Positions 14,101 to 30,702 of a DNA stretch of 64,000 bases are shown in pieces. The position numbers and the translations under genes are program-made. The notes under the pieces were generated by a model that had not been told where the DNA came from, did no database searches, and saw only the letters and a list, made by a program, of their open reading frames with translations. How positions within the stretch are numbered: the first letter of the stretch is position 1; every line of letters begins with the position of its first letter. Origin of the DNA: Macrostomum hystrix (taxonomy: Eukaryota > Animalia > Platyhelminthes); the NCBI GenBank assembly GCA_950097015.1, contig CATNEN010000031.1, positions 2,170,001-2,234,000 on the forward strand, written 5' to 3'.

Positions 14101-14907
14101 TAACCGAGCCTTCTATGCGTACGGAATTTGTACGCGAGACTGTACACGCGAAACACATCTTGCCCACAGCTCTCACTATTACCTCCCTCTAACTTGGGAT
14201 CTGGGGCTCGGTGGGGTGGGCGAATATGAAAGCGAGTGAGCCTTTTCAAGCTTCTCCACGCCCCATCCTTTTTTCCTGACCTTAAATCCCCACGGGGAAG
14301 CGGCGACAAGGCGGCGGCCATTGATTTCAAGGCTTGCATTGGCGAATTGGAAGGAAATAAAATGTAGAAATAAAGATTTCTGAGCGGAGTGGCAGTTTGA
14401 CAAAATTCGCGACCTATTTTTTTAACCGAAGAGGGAGAAAATAAAGTTGAGCAGGCGGGACTCAAGAGAGCCGGAAGAAATGCCCAGAAGAGCTTGAGTT
14501 AAGTATATGGGGGAAAGCTCACGAAACTAAAACGGAAAGAAGTGAGACTAAAAGGGTTCTAGCCTGTCTTCTCCATTGCCCAGCAAGCAATTACTAGTCA
14601 ATAGTGCGACAGAGGTTTCTTCTTTTGTGGCCCTAGAAAAAGGCAAGAGGAACATTTAGTGCAGAGACATGGCGCTCACTAAATAGGCCTTCTCCTCTTC
14701 TATAAAAATGGGGAAAAATTGGCGACTAAAATATGTTGAAAAGAGACGGACAGACTGACAGACGCGGATAGAAAGTAAATTGGTCACGAAACCTGCGCAC
14801 TTCCAAATGCTATAAAATATAATGGCGTGACGGACTGACTGAAACGAACTGCAACCCTTGATTCCGATAGAATTATTCATCTCTAAAGGCATCGATTGTT
14901 AAGGAGT

Positions 14908-15695
14908 CAATGGGATTTGGGATCAGTATTCAGGAATGAGGATTGGGAATCAATGGGATTTGTGATCAGTCTTCAGGAATGAGGATTGGGAATCAATGGG
15001 ATTTGGGATCAGTATTCAGGAATGAGGATTGGGAATCAATGGGGTTTGGGATCAGTCTTCAGGAATGAGGATTGGGAATCAATGGGATTTGCGATCAGTC
15101 TTCAGGAATGAGGATTGGGAATCAATGGGGTTTTGGATCAGTCTTCAGGAATGAGGATTGGGAATCAATGGGGTTTGGGATCAGTCTTCAGGAATGAGGA
15201 TTGGGAATCAATGGGGTTTGGGATCAGTCTTCAGGAATGAGGATTGGGAATCAATGGGGTTTGTGATCAGTCTTCAGGAATGAGGATTGGGAATCAATGG
15301 GGTTTGGGATCAGTCTTCAGGAATGAGGATTGGGAATCAATGGGGTTTGGGATCAGTCTTCAGGAATGAGGATTGGGAATCAATGGTGTTTGGGATCAGT
15401 CTTCAGGAATGAGGATTGGGAATCAATGGGGTTTGGGATCAGTCTTCAGGAATGAGGATTGGGAATCAATGGGGTTTGGGATCAGTCTTCAGGAATGAGG
15501 ATTGGGAATCAACGGGATTTGGGATCAGTCTTCAGGAATGAGGATTGGGAATCAATGGTGTTTGGGATCAGTCTTCAGGAATGAGGATTGGGAATCAATG
15601 GGATTTGGGATCAGTATTCAGGAATGAGGATTGGGAATCAACGGGATTTGGGATCAGTCTTCAGGAATGAGGATTGGGAATCAATGGTGTTTGGA
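14908..15695 (+). repeat. 43-bp minisatellite (atggggtttgggatcagtcttcaggaatgaggattgggaatca), about 18 units
   Basis: Tandem repeat. Confidence 0.95.
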
Positions 15696-17233
15696 GATTG
15701 TACAGAGAATCTGTACAGTGAATTGGTTGATTTAGGATTCGAGCCAGAGACTAGACTAAGCAAGTTAATTAGATTCTGAACATAGATTTCGTAGGAGAAA
15801 TCTGGATTCACATAGGGATATTTAAATTTCAGCAATAAAATGGAAATATCCAGTCCGTCGTTTAGGAGCATAAAATGGCCAGCATAAAAAAGCATTGTCC
15901 CTAATAAGCGAGGAGTCCTACTGAATGAGGACAAAAAGAATGCATTAAGAACTGCATTTTTAATCAGTCATTAACAAAAAATGCAGTTTTTGCTTTAGGC
16001 AGTTTAATGGCTAAAGGGAGTTGGACTAAATTAAAGATTATAATTCAATAGTCAATGCAGCAGACCTAATTAAGATATCTTGCCCAATTGACACTAAACT
16101 CTGTTCTGTGCAATTCAAAGTACGCTTAATTTTACTGCGCGCCTTACCTCTCTACTTTCTATACGAGTCTATATTTATATGTAGCTTCTCTATCTATGCT
16201 TCTAAAAGCAGAAGAGTCGTATGAAAAGACGTATTTCAAGTGTGGAAAGGTCACAGCACAGACCGCTGCGCAAGACGTCTGTTAGAATCGGCAGAAGAAA
16301 TATACAGAAGCAGATTCGTTATGCAGACTAGTTCTAGTCTAAGCGGCCAAAATAAACTACTGACTACCTGAAGACTGAAGGGGCAAATTAGTGACTCTCA
16401 AAGACACGCTTTATATTGTTTGATTGAATTCGATAAAATATTATACAAATAATAATTTATCATCTTTTTAATCAATAGAAATCCAATATAAAAATCCTGA
16501 ATCTTACACTTAATTCTAGAAAGTTGTTAAGAACCTACTTCAAGCCACACCAAAAGGCAAAATGAGATGAAATCGAAGGAAATTTTAAACTTTGGCAAAA
16601 ATCTAAGCCAACTGTCCATAGCGTAATTAAACAATGATTTAATCAAAGCAAAGCTGGGAGCTAAACAAGTAAAGTTATTAGCACTATAATCAGTTGTTAT
16701 AAGAAGCTATAATTAAAAAGCGAATTTAGAAAATTGAAATCATAGAATATGTTAAACAAAAAAAACAGAATTTCTTTATTTAGAAAGCATTCGACAGACT
16801 AAATTATTATTGTTTAAATAACACGCAGAGAGTGTTCTAGAGCATACAAAAGATTTCAATTTGTATTGAACGGAAAGATTACCGGACAACTTTCCTGCCA
16901 GACGAGTAGCGGCTCATCGCGCGTGCATGTTCTGTTATTCCTTATTGCTTGTGTGTGTTGTCTAGTGCTATTTTTTTCTGTGCGCCTAATGTAATACCCT
17001 TAGTAACAGTATGTGGAATGGATCGGTACAAGATCAGACAGAGAAGGAAAAGAGACAAGGAGTAGTTAGTTTGTAATGTCAAATATAATTACTATAAATC
17101 TGAAGGAAGTTGACTTGCTGAGTCAGTAAAGGAGTCGATTTACATCGCAGAGCATTGGATAGAGGAGTTAGGTGTACAAGCTGTGCCATTGTGCGCCGCC
17201 CGCCTTATTTTCCAATTCTGTTATCTGTGAATT

Positions 17234-19693
<2,460 letters not shown>

Positions 19694-20043
19694 GTCTAAT
19701 TTTTAATAAAAACCTTGATAGCAGAATCTGATTCAGAAAAGATAATTATTTTAGTCCCTTGCTTTAGACTGGAAAAATGCAATGAGTTGCACAGCAGTTA
19801 GCTTATTATGTACGTTGAAACTTTAAAGCCTGTGGGAAAATGACTGAAGAATGCTTTTCTGAACGATCCAATAGAAAACAAGTAACCAAGGAAACTACCG
19901 CCGAATCGCCATGCAACACTGCGGAGGGATAGGAAAACGGCCGTTGTACTGCTACGTTAATTTTTCCCTCAATCTACTTGTCCATCAAACGTCGTTATTT
20001 ACGAACTTTATCTTAAGACATAGACATAGACCGTGATTTGACC

Positions 20044-20089
20044 AAGGACCACTAGAAGAAGACTAGGACCTCTTCTTCTAGTGGTCCTT
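20044..20089. other. Perfect 19-bp inverted repeat with 8-nt loop upstream of calmodulin
   Basis: aaggaccactagaagaaga / tcttcttctagtggtcctt. Confidence 0.9.
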
Positions 20090-22128
20090 TGATTTGGCTT
20101 TAATATCTGCGAAATTCCACTCTTGACCAAATACACAGGAATGGAATACGCAGTACTAGTACAATAACTTCTCGGAATATATAAAAAGAGGATACTAACG
20201 CTCGAGATGATATAGAGCGATAGCAAGAAATGAATTAGAAACCATTTAGCAATCAAGTCTACTCCTAGTAGTCCTTGTTAGCAATACCTACTTTGCTGAT
20301 TAAAATTAAAATATTAAAATAATTATAATTAAAAAAACTACTAGTAATTCGTCTTGACGCTTTAGCAAGTTGTGGCAGGTGGCATGCCCCTGCATCGATC
20401 GAATGACCACCAAAAACATTAAAGTTGCACCGGCTTCCAATTAATGTGGCTGCGCCTCCATAGGACACGCCAACACGCCACAAAAAAGGATCCCAGTGGC
20501 TAAGTATCTATCTATCTAGCTGTTACTTGCTCACTTATAGCAAAAAAAGATATTATAGCCTTATAACCACACATTTGTCCCTATCTAAGTATTGTAGTAA
20601 AAAAGAGAGCTGCATTAAGACGTATAGAATTAGGATTTTATAGTAGACAAATGCGACCTGACGATTGTTGCTTTAAAACCATACGAATCACGTTTTTCTT
20701 TTCTACATGTACATGCACGTTGCGTACATACTGTACCTATTAGAAAAACTCAACAGTGAGCACTTATTATACTATTCGTATTAAAGCACGCTTTTACGAA
20801 CTTTTTTAAGTTTGCTACTAACTTAATGAGAAACACAGTCGTTTTATACGAAACAATTATTGCATTGTGCAGTTTCTTAATTTGTATTGTTACAAAAATA
20901 TTGTAGTAACTGTAATATATTGGTAGCTAACAAATATCCTGACATGTATGAGTATATGCATTAAATACATCGAAGGTGTTCCTGATTCGTTTTCAGGAAA
21001 AGCTAGCAGGATAATTGGAAGAAAATTGAAACCAGCGGGCATATTCTGAGTTTCCACTGACTAAACAGAGTATAATGATGATTGTTATAAATAACACAAT
21101 TAGTGCTTAGGTGGTTTGCACAAACGAACATGTCTGAAGTTAGATAAATATTAATTATAAATTAGCGCACAAGAAACCCAAACAAGGGAGACAGGAAATT
21201 CAGCAAAACGAGAACAGGAAACGAGAGATGAAGAACACATGAATTCAACAGAAACACCGACAAGAAAAGCTGGTGCAAACAATTGAGAAGCCGCAAAATG
21301 GGACTGGCACATAACAATGAGGAATACATGTCAACTGCAGAAGTGTTTTCACTTACAAGCAAAATGAATGCACAGTATTACATCGTTATAAAAATGCACC
21401 ACAAGAATGCGCATGAGCTTTTGAAACACTGTACACACTAGAAGAAACACACTATAAATACGCAATGTAGCATGCAAATCCAAACTGAAGGCCAAAAAAC
21501 AACACAAAAATGCGCAGCGCATATGAAAACATGCGCAATGAAAACTTTGCAATGCAATTTTAAAGCGAATGTTAATTTGAGGCTTTTTATTTTAAACAAA
21601 ATTGTGGATGCAATAAAGTGGGAAAATGTAAAGAAGTACTTATAGCCATTTCGATTTGATTTCGATTTTATTTACAACACAGGAGAGTAAAACCAAATGC
21701 GATGTATAAAGCATGCAAAGGAACACTAGTTGCGTAAATGATCTCAATATAGGTAGTAAATTTGTCCTACTATCTATAAAGTGAACAGTAAGTAGGATGC
21801 AAGACATTTTGCCGTTATATTTGAGCAGAAAGTAATAGTGGTATTATTAGGCATTGTACAATATAAAGTACGAGTAGGTAAATTGTATATAGAAATAAGT
21901 GCCAGCGCCAAGCACTCTTCTGGATTCTCTATTTCATCCCTCACAGAATCCAAACCGGTATTTCCACACGATTTCCATTTCCTTCTCCTTAATAAACACT
22001 TTAAATTTCTCGCTGAATTTTACTTCCATTCGTTTTCAACTCTCCTTAATGCTTAAAAAAAGTACCCATTTTCAAACAGGAAATCCCGAAACGCTAATTA
22101 AGTAGTTCATTATGCAACAATTGTATAA

Positions 22129-24399
<2,271 letters not shown>

Positions 24400-27221
24400 G
24401 TCTTAATCTTTATAAAGAATAAAATGAAACTAAAAGTGTGTCACAAAATGTTAACCTAGCTGTAGTTCGTTCTTAGCTGATTTGAATAATGAAGTCCAGC
24501 ATGTGATAAACCAGGAATGGCATTATTCTTTTTGACTGGCGTCGAGCTGACGTGACAAAAATATTATAAAGGGTACCTTCTTTTCTTTTTTCCTTTCTTT
24601 CGGTGGAAGGACTTGTAATTTCCTTGCTAATAGACAAAACTACACGTTTTTACCGTTCGTTGAAGTACATGAAAGCTGGGTCATAAGGAAATTCTACTTA
24701 TTGTATACAGTTTCAATAAAAGACACAATTGCAATAAAGACTGAATGTCTTAGACACCTCAAATTAAAATACGCTTCTTCTTTCTTCCGGGTTTAAACAC
24801 AGCTTAAACAAACGTTCTAAAAATTAAAAGGCAGCTTACTTTTACATGTTGAAGATTTTCTTAAATTTTAGAAAAAGCAGACATCCTTACTTAAAATGAT
24901 CACTCGATTAAAAACTGAAGCGATCGAAAACGAATCATACGCATTTTGGCCTTTATTAAGCCAGGATTAGTGATATAAGCTTTTTAAGCTGTGTTAAAAA
25001 TGAGCTCGTTTAAAGGACAAAATTATAGATTTTTCAGCAGTTACGGTAAAGAGGGTGGAACCATTGTTGGCGCTTTTACAAATGTTTTTTTATCGTACGA
25101 TGTTTTTTTATAAATGGCTGAACCAATGTCAAGAAAATAATTTTCCTAAAGGTAGGAAGGTTTAATAGAAAAACTTAATTTTAAAGAAAATATGGTGCTT
25201 TTCTAGCATTGTTGGCTTTTGCACTTTGAACTGAATAAGTATTTAGTGAGCAAAATCTGCATTCGATAAAGAACTGCACGAAAAATGGCAAGTTTAGTTA
25301 GCTTTTTTGTTTGCAACCTTACAAATTATGTTTTAGTTTGCTTAGTGAGTAATATTTGTGTGAAAACTGAAATCGTTCGGGGGAATTAGTTATTTGCAGC
25401 CGGAAAGAGATCGCGGTTCTCTAGGATTTAATAGTGCAAGCTCATCTGCTTATCTGCCTTTGAATCTCCATGATGGCGCTTATCAGCTTTCCAAAGACCT
25501 GACCAACATGTTTCTCGGCAGCTGAAAAAGGATGCTATAGCATTCATTCATATTGTTTTCGATGAAATCAGATTTTTTATAATGTATTGCATTTGCTTTT
25601 ACATTGCTCGAACGATCAAGAACTTGGAATGGCTTATATATTTATCAACTAATTTACAAATTCATCACTTTATTGTCTATTTAAAGAAAAATAGAATATT
25701 TTAACGTATATTAGAGAGACGTACTCTTGTATATTATTTAATCCATAACTCGTTTTTAATTATAAATAGTGTGTAAGTAGTATATGAAGAGAATATCCTA
25801 TAACGATGCTTTTTTGAAAAACTATTACTTTTGCGTGAGTATCATGGTACGAGCTACCTGTTGCGTTACATAAAAATACTTTTCGACTCGACTTACTTCG
25901 TACTAACTCACTACATTAACTAAATCCCTATGTATCTCTCGATATTTTATTTTTTAATTCCGGTTTTTAAGGTATTTGAATGTTTGAGTTAAATTGTCTT
26001 AAATGCGACCTTTACGATCGTAGGACACTGACATGATTTTTCTAGCTGTAGTATAGAACCGTCAGTGCAGCATGCCTAAATACGTTTACATGACTAAATG
26101 AAGTAAAACTGTACTTTTAATCCCTCTCAGCGCATGCAGATTTCGCACAGTAGCGCATGTTCGTGTAATAATTACTAACTATAATTACTAATTGCTAACC
26201 GCATTGATCTGGTATTTTGCATAATAAAAATGTTATAATGAGCAGAACGGATTTGGGAATGTGTAGACTAAAACTTGGTCATTACAGCCACCACAATATG
26301 CAGCTTTATTTGAATTTACTAGCTGTCATTTTCATCCTGTGTGTTAGCTGATTTGTTTAATAATGTAGAATTATAATGCTTCAACCCTTTAATTATTGGG
26401 TTGGTTAGAGTAAGGTTGTAGAGCACACTGGAGTTTGCAGTGCCACTGCGCATGCATCCTCGTAATTAATTTCTCTTTATTTTTTGTTGAATGGCTTGTG
26501 GTCACAAAATCCAGATGTTAAAATTTAAAAACAACATGGAGCCTTGTCGGACTGTTGTCTCTGCAACAGGGTTTAGTTTAAATTAACCTTGTAGTTTGGC
26601 TTTTTAACTATTGTTCTGCTAAGTAAAGCTATTTATTTATGCTCTGCACACAGCACCATGCCGTAAGGAGAAAACATGTTTTCACTAAACATGCAATGAA
26701 TAGAACTATTCATTTGGCAGACACTATGCAGAGCCATTTGCATGTGACAAAAAAGAAACAAGATTCTATGTGATTTCCATGAACCAAATGGCAATTGCCT
26801 GCCACCGACACAGCTGCATTCTCTGTTACATTGAATACAATGCTTTTCCTAAAATAGACTTTTGTCATTACTGCCAGCACACAATTAGTAACTGTGTGCT
26901 GTTATTGGACAAAAGCAGCTTTGCTTTCCCAATTGAGCCTAATAAAAATAGAATTAACCTGAGCACAGGCCATTATTTGTGCTCAATCCGCTTTTCTCAC
27001 TTCTTAACCAAACATTCGTCTCTCGTTCGCAGCACGACAGATTCGATGTCAACACGCGCACTCGACACGATTACGACAGAAAATGAGATCATTGTTATTG
27101 CAGGCTCTGCAAAGTCACGCAGAGTTTCACATTGGCCAAGCTCTTACTGCCTGGCTGCTTGTTTGTGTATTGTGCCAACCCCACTCCTCAGCAACCCACG
27201 CGCACGCTGTACATCCAGCGG

Positions 27222-27229
27222 TATATAAA
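27222..27229 (+). promoter_or_regulatory. TATA box (TATATAAA) of the small ORF gene
   Basis: Consensus TATA flanked by GC-rich sequence, about 100 bp upstream of ATG 27329. Confidence 0.65.
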
Positions 27230-27328
27230 TAGCGGCTCGGCTGGGCTTGGAAGAGAACGAACCTGAGCTTCTGACCCAATCCTTCAATCTCTCGAATATT
27301 TTGTCAGCTGTTAGTTTCCAAAAAGGCA

Positions 27329-27532
27329 ATGAAGACCGTGCGCTTCAACAAGGAGGTGACTGTGTGGTATTTCTACAATGAGACCGACTGCCGACGAAGG
27401 CGTTCTCGCTCGTCTTCGTTCTCGCAGACTTTCGACCGAATCTGGGCCGATATCTCTCGGTATCTGAAGAGCAGCGATTCGCACCAGCAGCAGCAGCAGC
27501 AGCTCGAGACCGCAGGCGCAGGTGCTCGATGA
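27329..27532 (+). CDS. Intronless 67-aa microprotein with RVxF and phi-phi PP1-docking motifs
   Basis: GC-rich island in AT-rich DNA, upstream TATA, AATAAA at 27569-27574, poly-CAG Gln run like other host exons; begins MKTVRFNKEVTVWYF. Confidence 0.65.
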   Translation: MKTVRFNKEVTVWYFYNETDCRRRRSRSSSFSQTFDRIWADISRYLKSSDSHQQQQQQLETAGAGAR

Positions 27533-28029
27533 CAATAGAAATCGATCATGATAATGGCAATACAGAGGAATAAATCGATGCAATGTACAGTGCTTTCAAT
27601 TTCCAAATTTACTGCGTGCTACCTCATGAGTTCTGTGTGTTGTGTATTTGGACAGTTTGCCAATCAGCATGCATAATATGCTCGATCGTACTAAGGATCA
27701 AATGCTCCAGCCATACTCTGTGTAATTCCCATTCGAGTGTTTTTAGCATTGCCAATTGCAAGGACAACTTAGCATAAACTTGCCAAAAAAATCGTTATAT
27801 ACAGAGCTTCACAATAGTCCCATTTTCATGCTGTACTTACTCTATTTGTTTTTCGATTTAGCAACACAAACGACAGTAATTTTGATGTAAATAAAAAGCG
27901 CGAAATCATGACAGGTCATCATGATAATGATCAAACAATTACAATGTCTTTACATTCACAAAATCTATATAGATCTCTTTTAATTGGCTTATCTTTAAGT
28001 CTTCAAGTCTTAACTCTCTAAAGAGAACT

Positions 28030-28345
28030 AACAGTAGAAAGTTGTAGTTGCAGTGGAAGTGAGTTCGTTTTAGCCCAAATTAATTCGCGCCTTCACTGGA
28101 AAAATTTGTGTCCTTTAGCAAGACCCTTAATTCTGCATTACTTCAGTTCACCCTGCTGTTAATTGGGTACCAGCATTATCTGAGGTAATTAAGGATGGGT
28201 GCAGCTTCCCCCCAGTCCATGGACTGAACAACCGTACACAGTCACTGTTCAGATGCGTCGCGCAATAGCTGCGGCTGTGCTGTCGGCTGCACATCTGATC
28301 CGACTGCGGCAGGTGCGATCAATTATTATTATTATAAAATTATTA
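28030..28345 (+). mobile_element. SINE family A copy with CORE-like central domain and (ATT)n tail
   Basis: ttgtgtcctttagcaagacccttaatt...ttcagttcaccctgctgttaattggg, then ccagtccatggactg and a tattattat tail. Confidence 0.8.
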
Positions 28346-28399
28346 TAATTATATTACACAGCTAGACAGAGACCACGCTCGTTTAGTATAGTAGACTAG

Positions 28400-28560
28400 C
28401 TTGTGCGCCCCAATTTCCTGAATGATTTTGACTTTCATGGTTTAGCGCACAAAGTGCCCTAAGCCTTCTCGCTCTTCTGCGCCAAAAATTGATGTAGCCT
28501 CGCCACTGAATCGAGCTCACGAACTATGGTGCGAGAGGCAGTTGCTGTGCCATTGTACCA
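28400..28560 (-). mobile_element. SINE family B, diverged 5' part
   Basis: Reverse complement contains ctgcctctcgcacca...gagctcgattc...ggcgaggctacat...gagaaggctt, as at 40458. Confidence 0.7.
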
Positions 28561-29189
28561 AAGACGTCTTTATGTGAGGAGTTTTCCTTAGCAACCTAAT
28601 TGGATGGCATCTGCTGGGGTTGCCAGGGTCTAGTGAAATGGGCGGTGGTGTCAACTTTGTTGGCGCTAATCTTTTATACAAGATTTACACCTCGCTACTC
28701 GCAGTAGACCATTGAAAATATATCAGCCGTATTTTAGTTCTCGTAGTACAAGTGCTGGAGCAATACTGCAGCATCGGAAGACGCTGAACGTTACGAGTCC
28801 CAGGGGGGGGGGCAAATAGAACTGGGATTTTGAGAATTTTGCAGACTTAATTCGGAGCAGAAAATTGCATCGCATTCCAGCTTTATACATGTCCAATATG
28901 AATAATTACAATAAAAGAATGATATACATAGAGTCTGCTTTCCAAGCTCCTGTAATTCAATCCGAAATTCGTGCATTCACTTTTTTCTTAAGAGGGGGTG
29001 GGGCGCGAACACAAGTTGCACTATTATGATCAATCCATCACCAGCCTTTCTCACTTTCCATTTCCTTTCTCATTTCCTCTCCGACCCCGTCGCATTCTCT
29101 ATCTCCATATCCTTATTATGAGTTTCTCTATACTAGGGGTCGGGAACAAAGATACTAAATTATATACCATATATACTTAGTGGAGAGCT

Positions 29190-29545
29190 GAGACCCAGGT
29201 GAGATGAGACAGGGGAGAGATGAGACAGAGGAGAGATGAGACAGGGGAGAGAGGAGACAGTGCAGAGATGAGACACGGGGGAGATGAGACACGGGAGAGA
29301 TGAGACACGGGAGAGATGAGACACGGGAGAGATGAGACACGGGAGAGATGAGACACGGGAGAGATGAGACACGGGAGAGATGAGACACGGGAGAGATGAG
29401 ACACGGGAGAGATGAGACACGGGAGAGATGAGACACGGGAGAGATGAGACACGGGAGAGATGAGACACGGGAGAGATGAGACACGGGAGAGATGAGACAC
29501 GGGAGAGATGAGACACGGGAGAGATGAGACACGGGAGAGATGAGA
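29190..29545 (+). repeat. 16-bp minisatellite (gagatgagacacggga), about 22 units
   Basis: Tandem repeat. Confidence 0.95.
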
Positions 29546-30172
29546 CAGTGGAGAGATAGGGCATAGTAAGTATTGGAAGGGTCGGACTTAAAGCGTCGAC
29601 GGCAGCATCCGGAGGTTGCCGAGCCCCCGCTACGCCTATGTTCTAAAAGTTCTCACCTTAAGTCGTCTTAGTTTTTAACAAGCATCATTTGTGCATGACT
29701 GTCTGAGCCCGCACATAAAAAAGAAATAATAATAGTACACAAGCTGGCATTGAAGCCGTTAGTAAATTTGCTGATGTTGCAATTGTCGCATTTTGCCTCT
29801 GTCTCTGCTTTTTTAATATTCTGATTGGCTCACACGTTTAGACTAATCACAAAGCGAAATCGCATATTCTTGTCTAGGCTTGGCTGTTTTTAAACTAAAA
29901 AATAGTGACGCAACGGAATTTTCTTACTAGTTCTGAAACATCTGATTTACCTTCAGGGCTGGTTGGGTTTCGAGATTGTGGTCTGCAACACACAGCGATA
30001 TCAGATGCGATAATTTTAGGACAACAACAACACCGAACGCGCCTGTTGGCTTGATAATCATTTCAAGTCTTCGACTTTCCTAAATTGTGGTCACTAGCCG
30101 ATAATCCTCAGGAGCAACTTGTCATGGCCTGAAATTTAAATGGGTTATAGTGAAACTGATGCTGGCCAGTGA

Positions 30173-30480
30173 GTCAACCAACCAACCAACCAACCAACCA
30201 ACCAACCAACCAACCAACCAACCAACCAACCAACCAACCAACCAACCAACCAACCAACCAACCAACCAACCAACCAACCAACCAACCAACCAACCAACCA
30301 ACCAACCAACCAACCAACCAACCAACCAACCAACCAACCAACCAACCAACCAACCAACCAACCAACCAAACAACCAACCAACCAACCAAACAAACAACAA
30401 ACAAACAAACAACCAACCAACCAACCAACCAACAAACAAACCAACCAACCAACCAACCAACCAACCAACCAACCAACCAA
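30173..30480 (+). repeat. (AACC)n microsatellite
   Basis: Tetranucleotide repeat; source of the NQPT/VGWL ORFs. Confidence 0.97.
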
Positions 30481-30544
30481 TTCTTTAGTTTTTTATTGTT
30501 TTGAGTCACCACTCACCCTCCACCCGCTTCCATCTGCGGGCCTA

Positions 30545-30620
30545 CAGGGGTTAGCGTTATGGGTGACCCTCGCCTCCCCGCAGTGTCCATGGACCACCCT
30601 GCGGCCTGCAGCTAAGTCAA
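30545..30620 (+). mobile_element. 3' end remnant of a diverged relative of the LINE
   Basis: ggggttagcgttatggg...cgcctccccgc...gtccatgga...gctaagtcaa is colinear with LINE 3'UTR 55878-55960. Confidence 0.7.
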
Positions 30621-30702
30621 ACTAACCAACCAGCTTACCAAAGAATCAACTGAAGCCATCCAGCCAGCCAGGCCAAAAAAGAAAAAGAGGGCAACTCACC
30701 GT

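Noticed and set aside
11460-14900. Moderately GC-rich region with many short ORFs
   Set aside because: No recognisable domain, exon chain, LTR pair or TIR could be supported by eye.
14908-15695. CRISPR-like or spacer-containing arrays
   Set aside because: All arrays are head-to-tail repeats without unique spacers, in a eukaryotic context with no cas genes.
24850-25540. Possible small plus-strand exons divergent from the YY1-like gene
   Set aside because: The candidate acceptors and short frames do not join into a coherent ORF.
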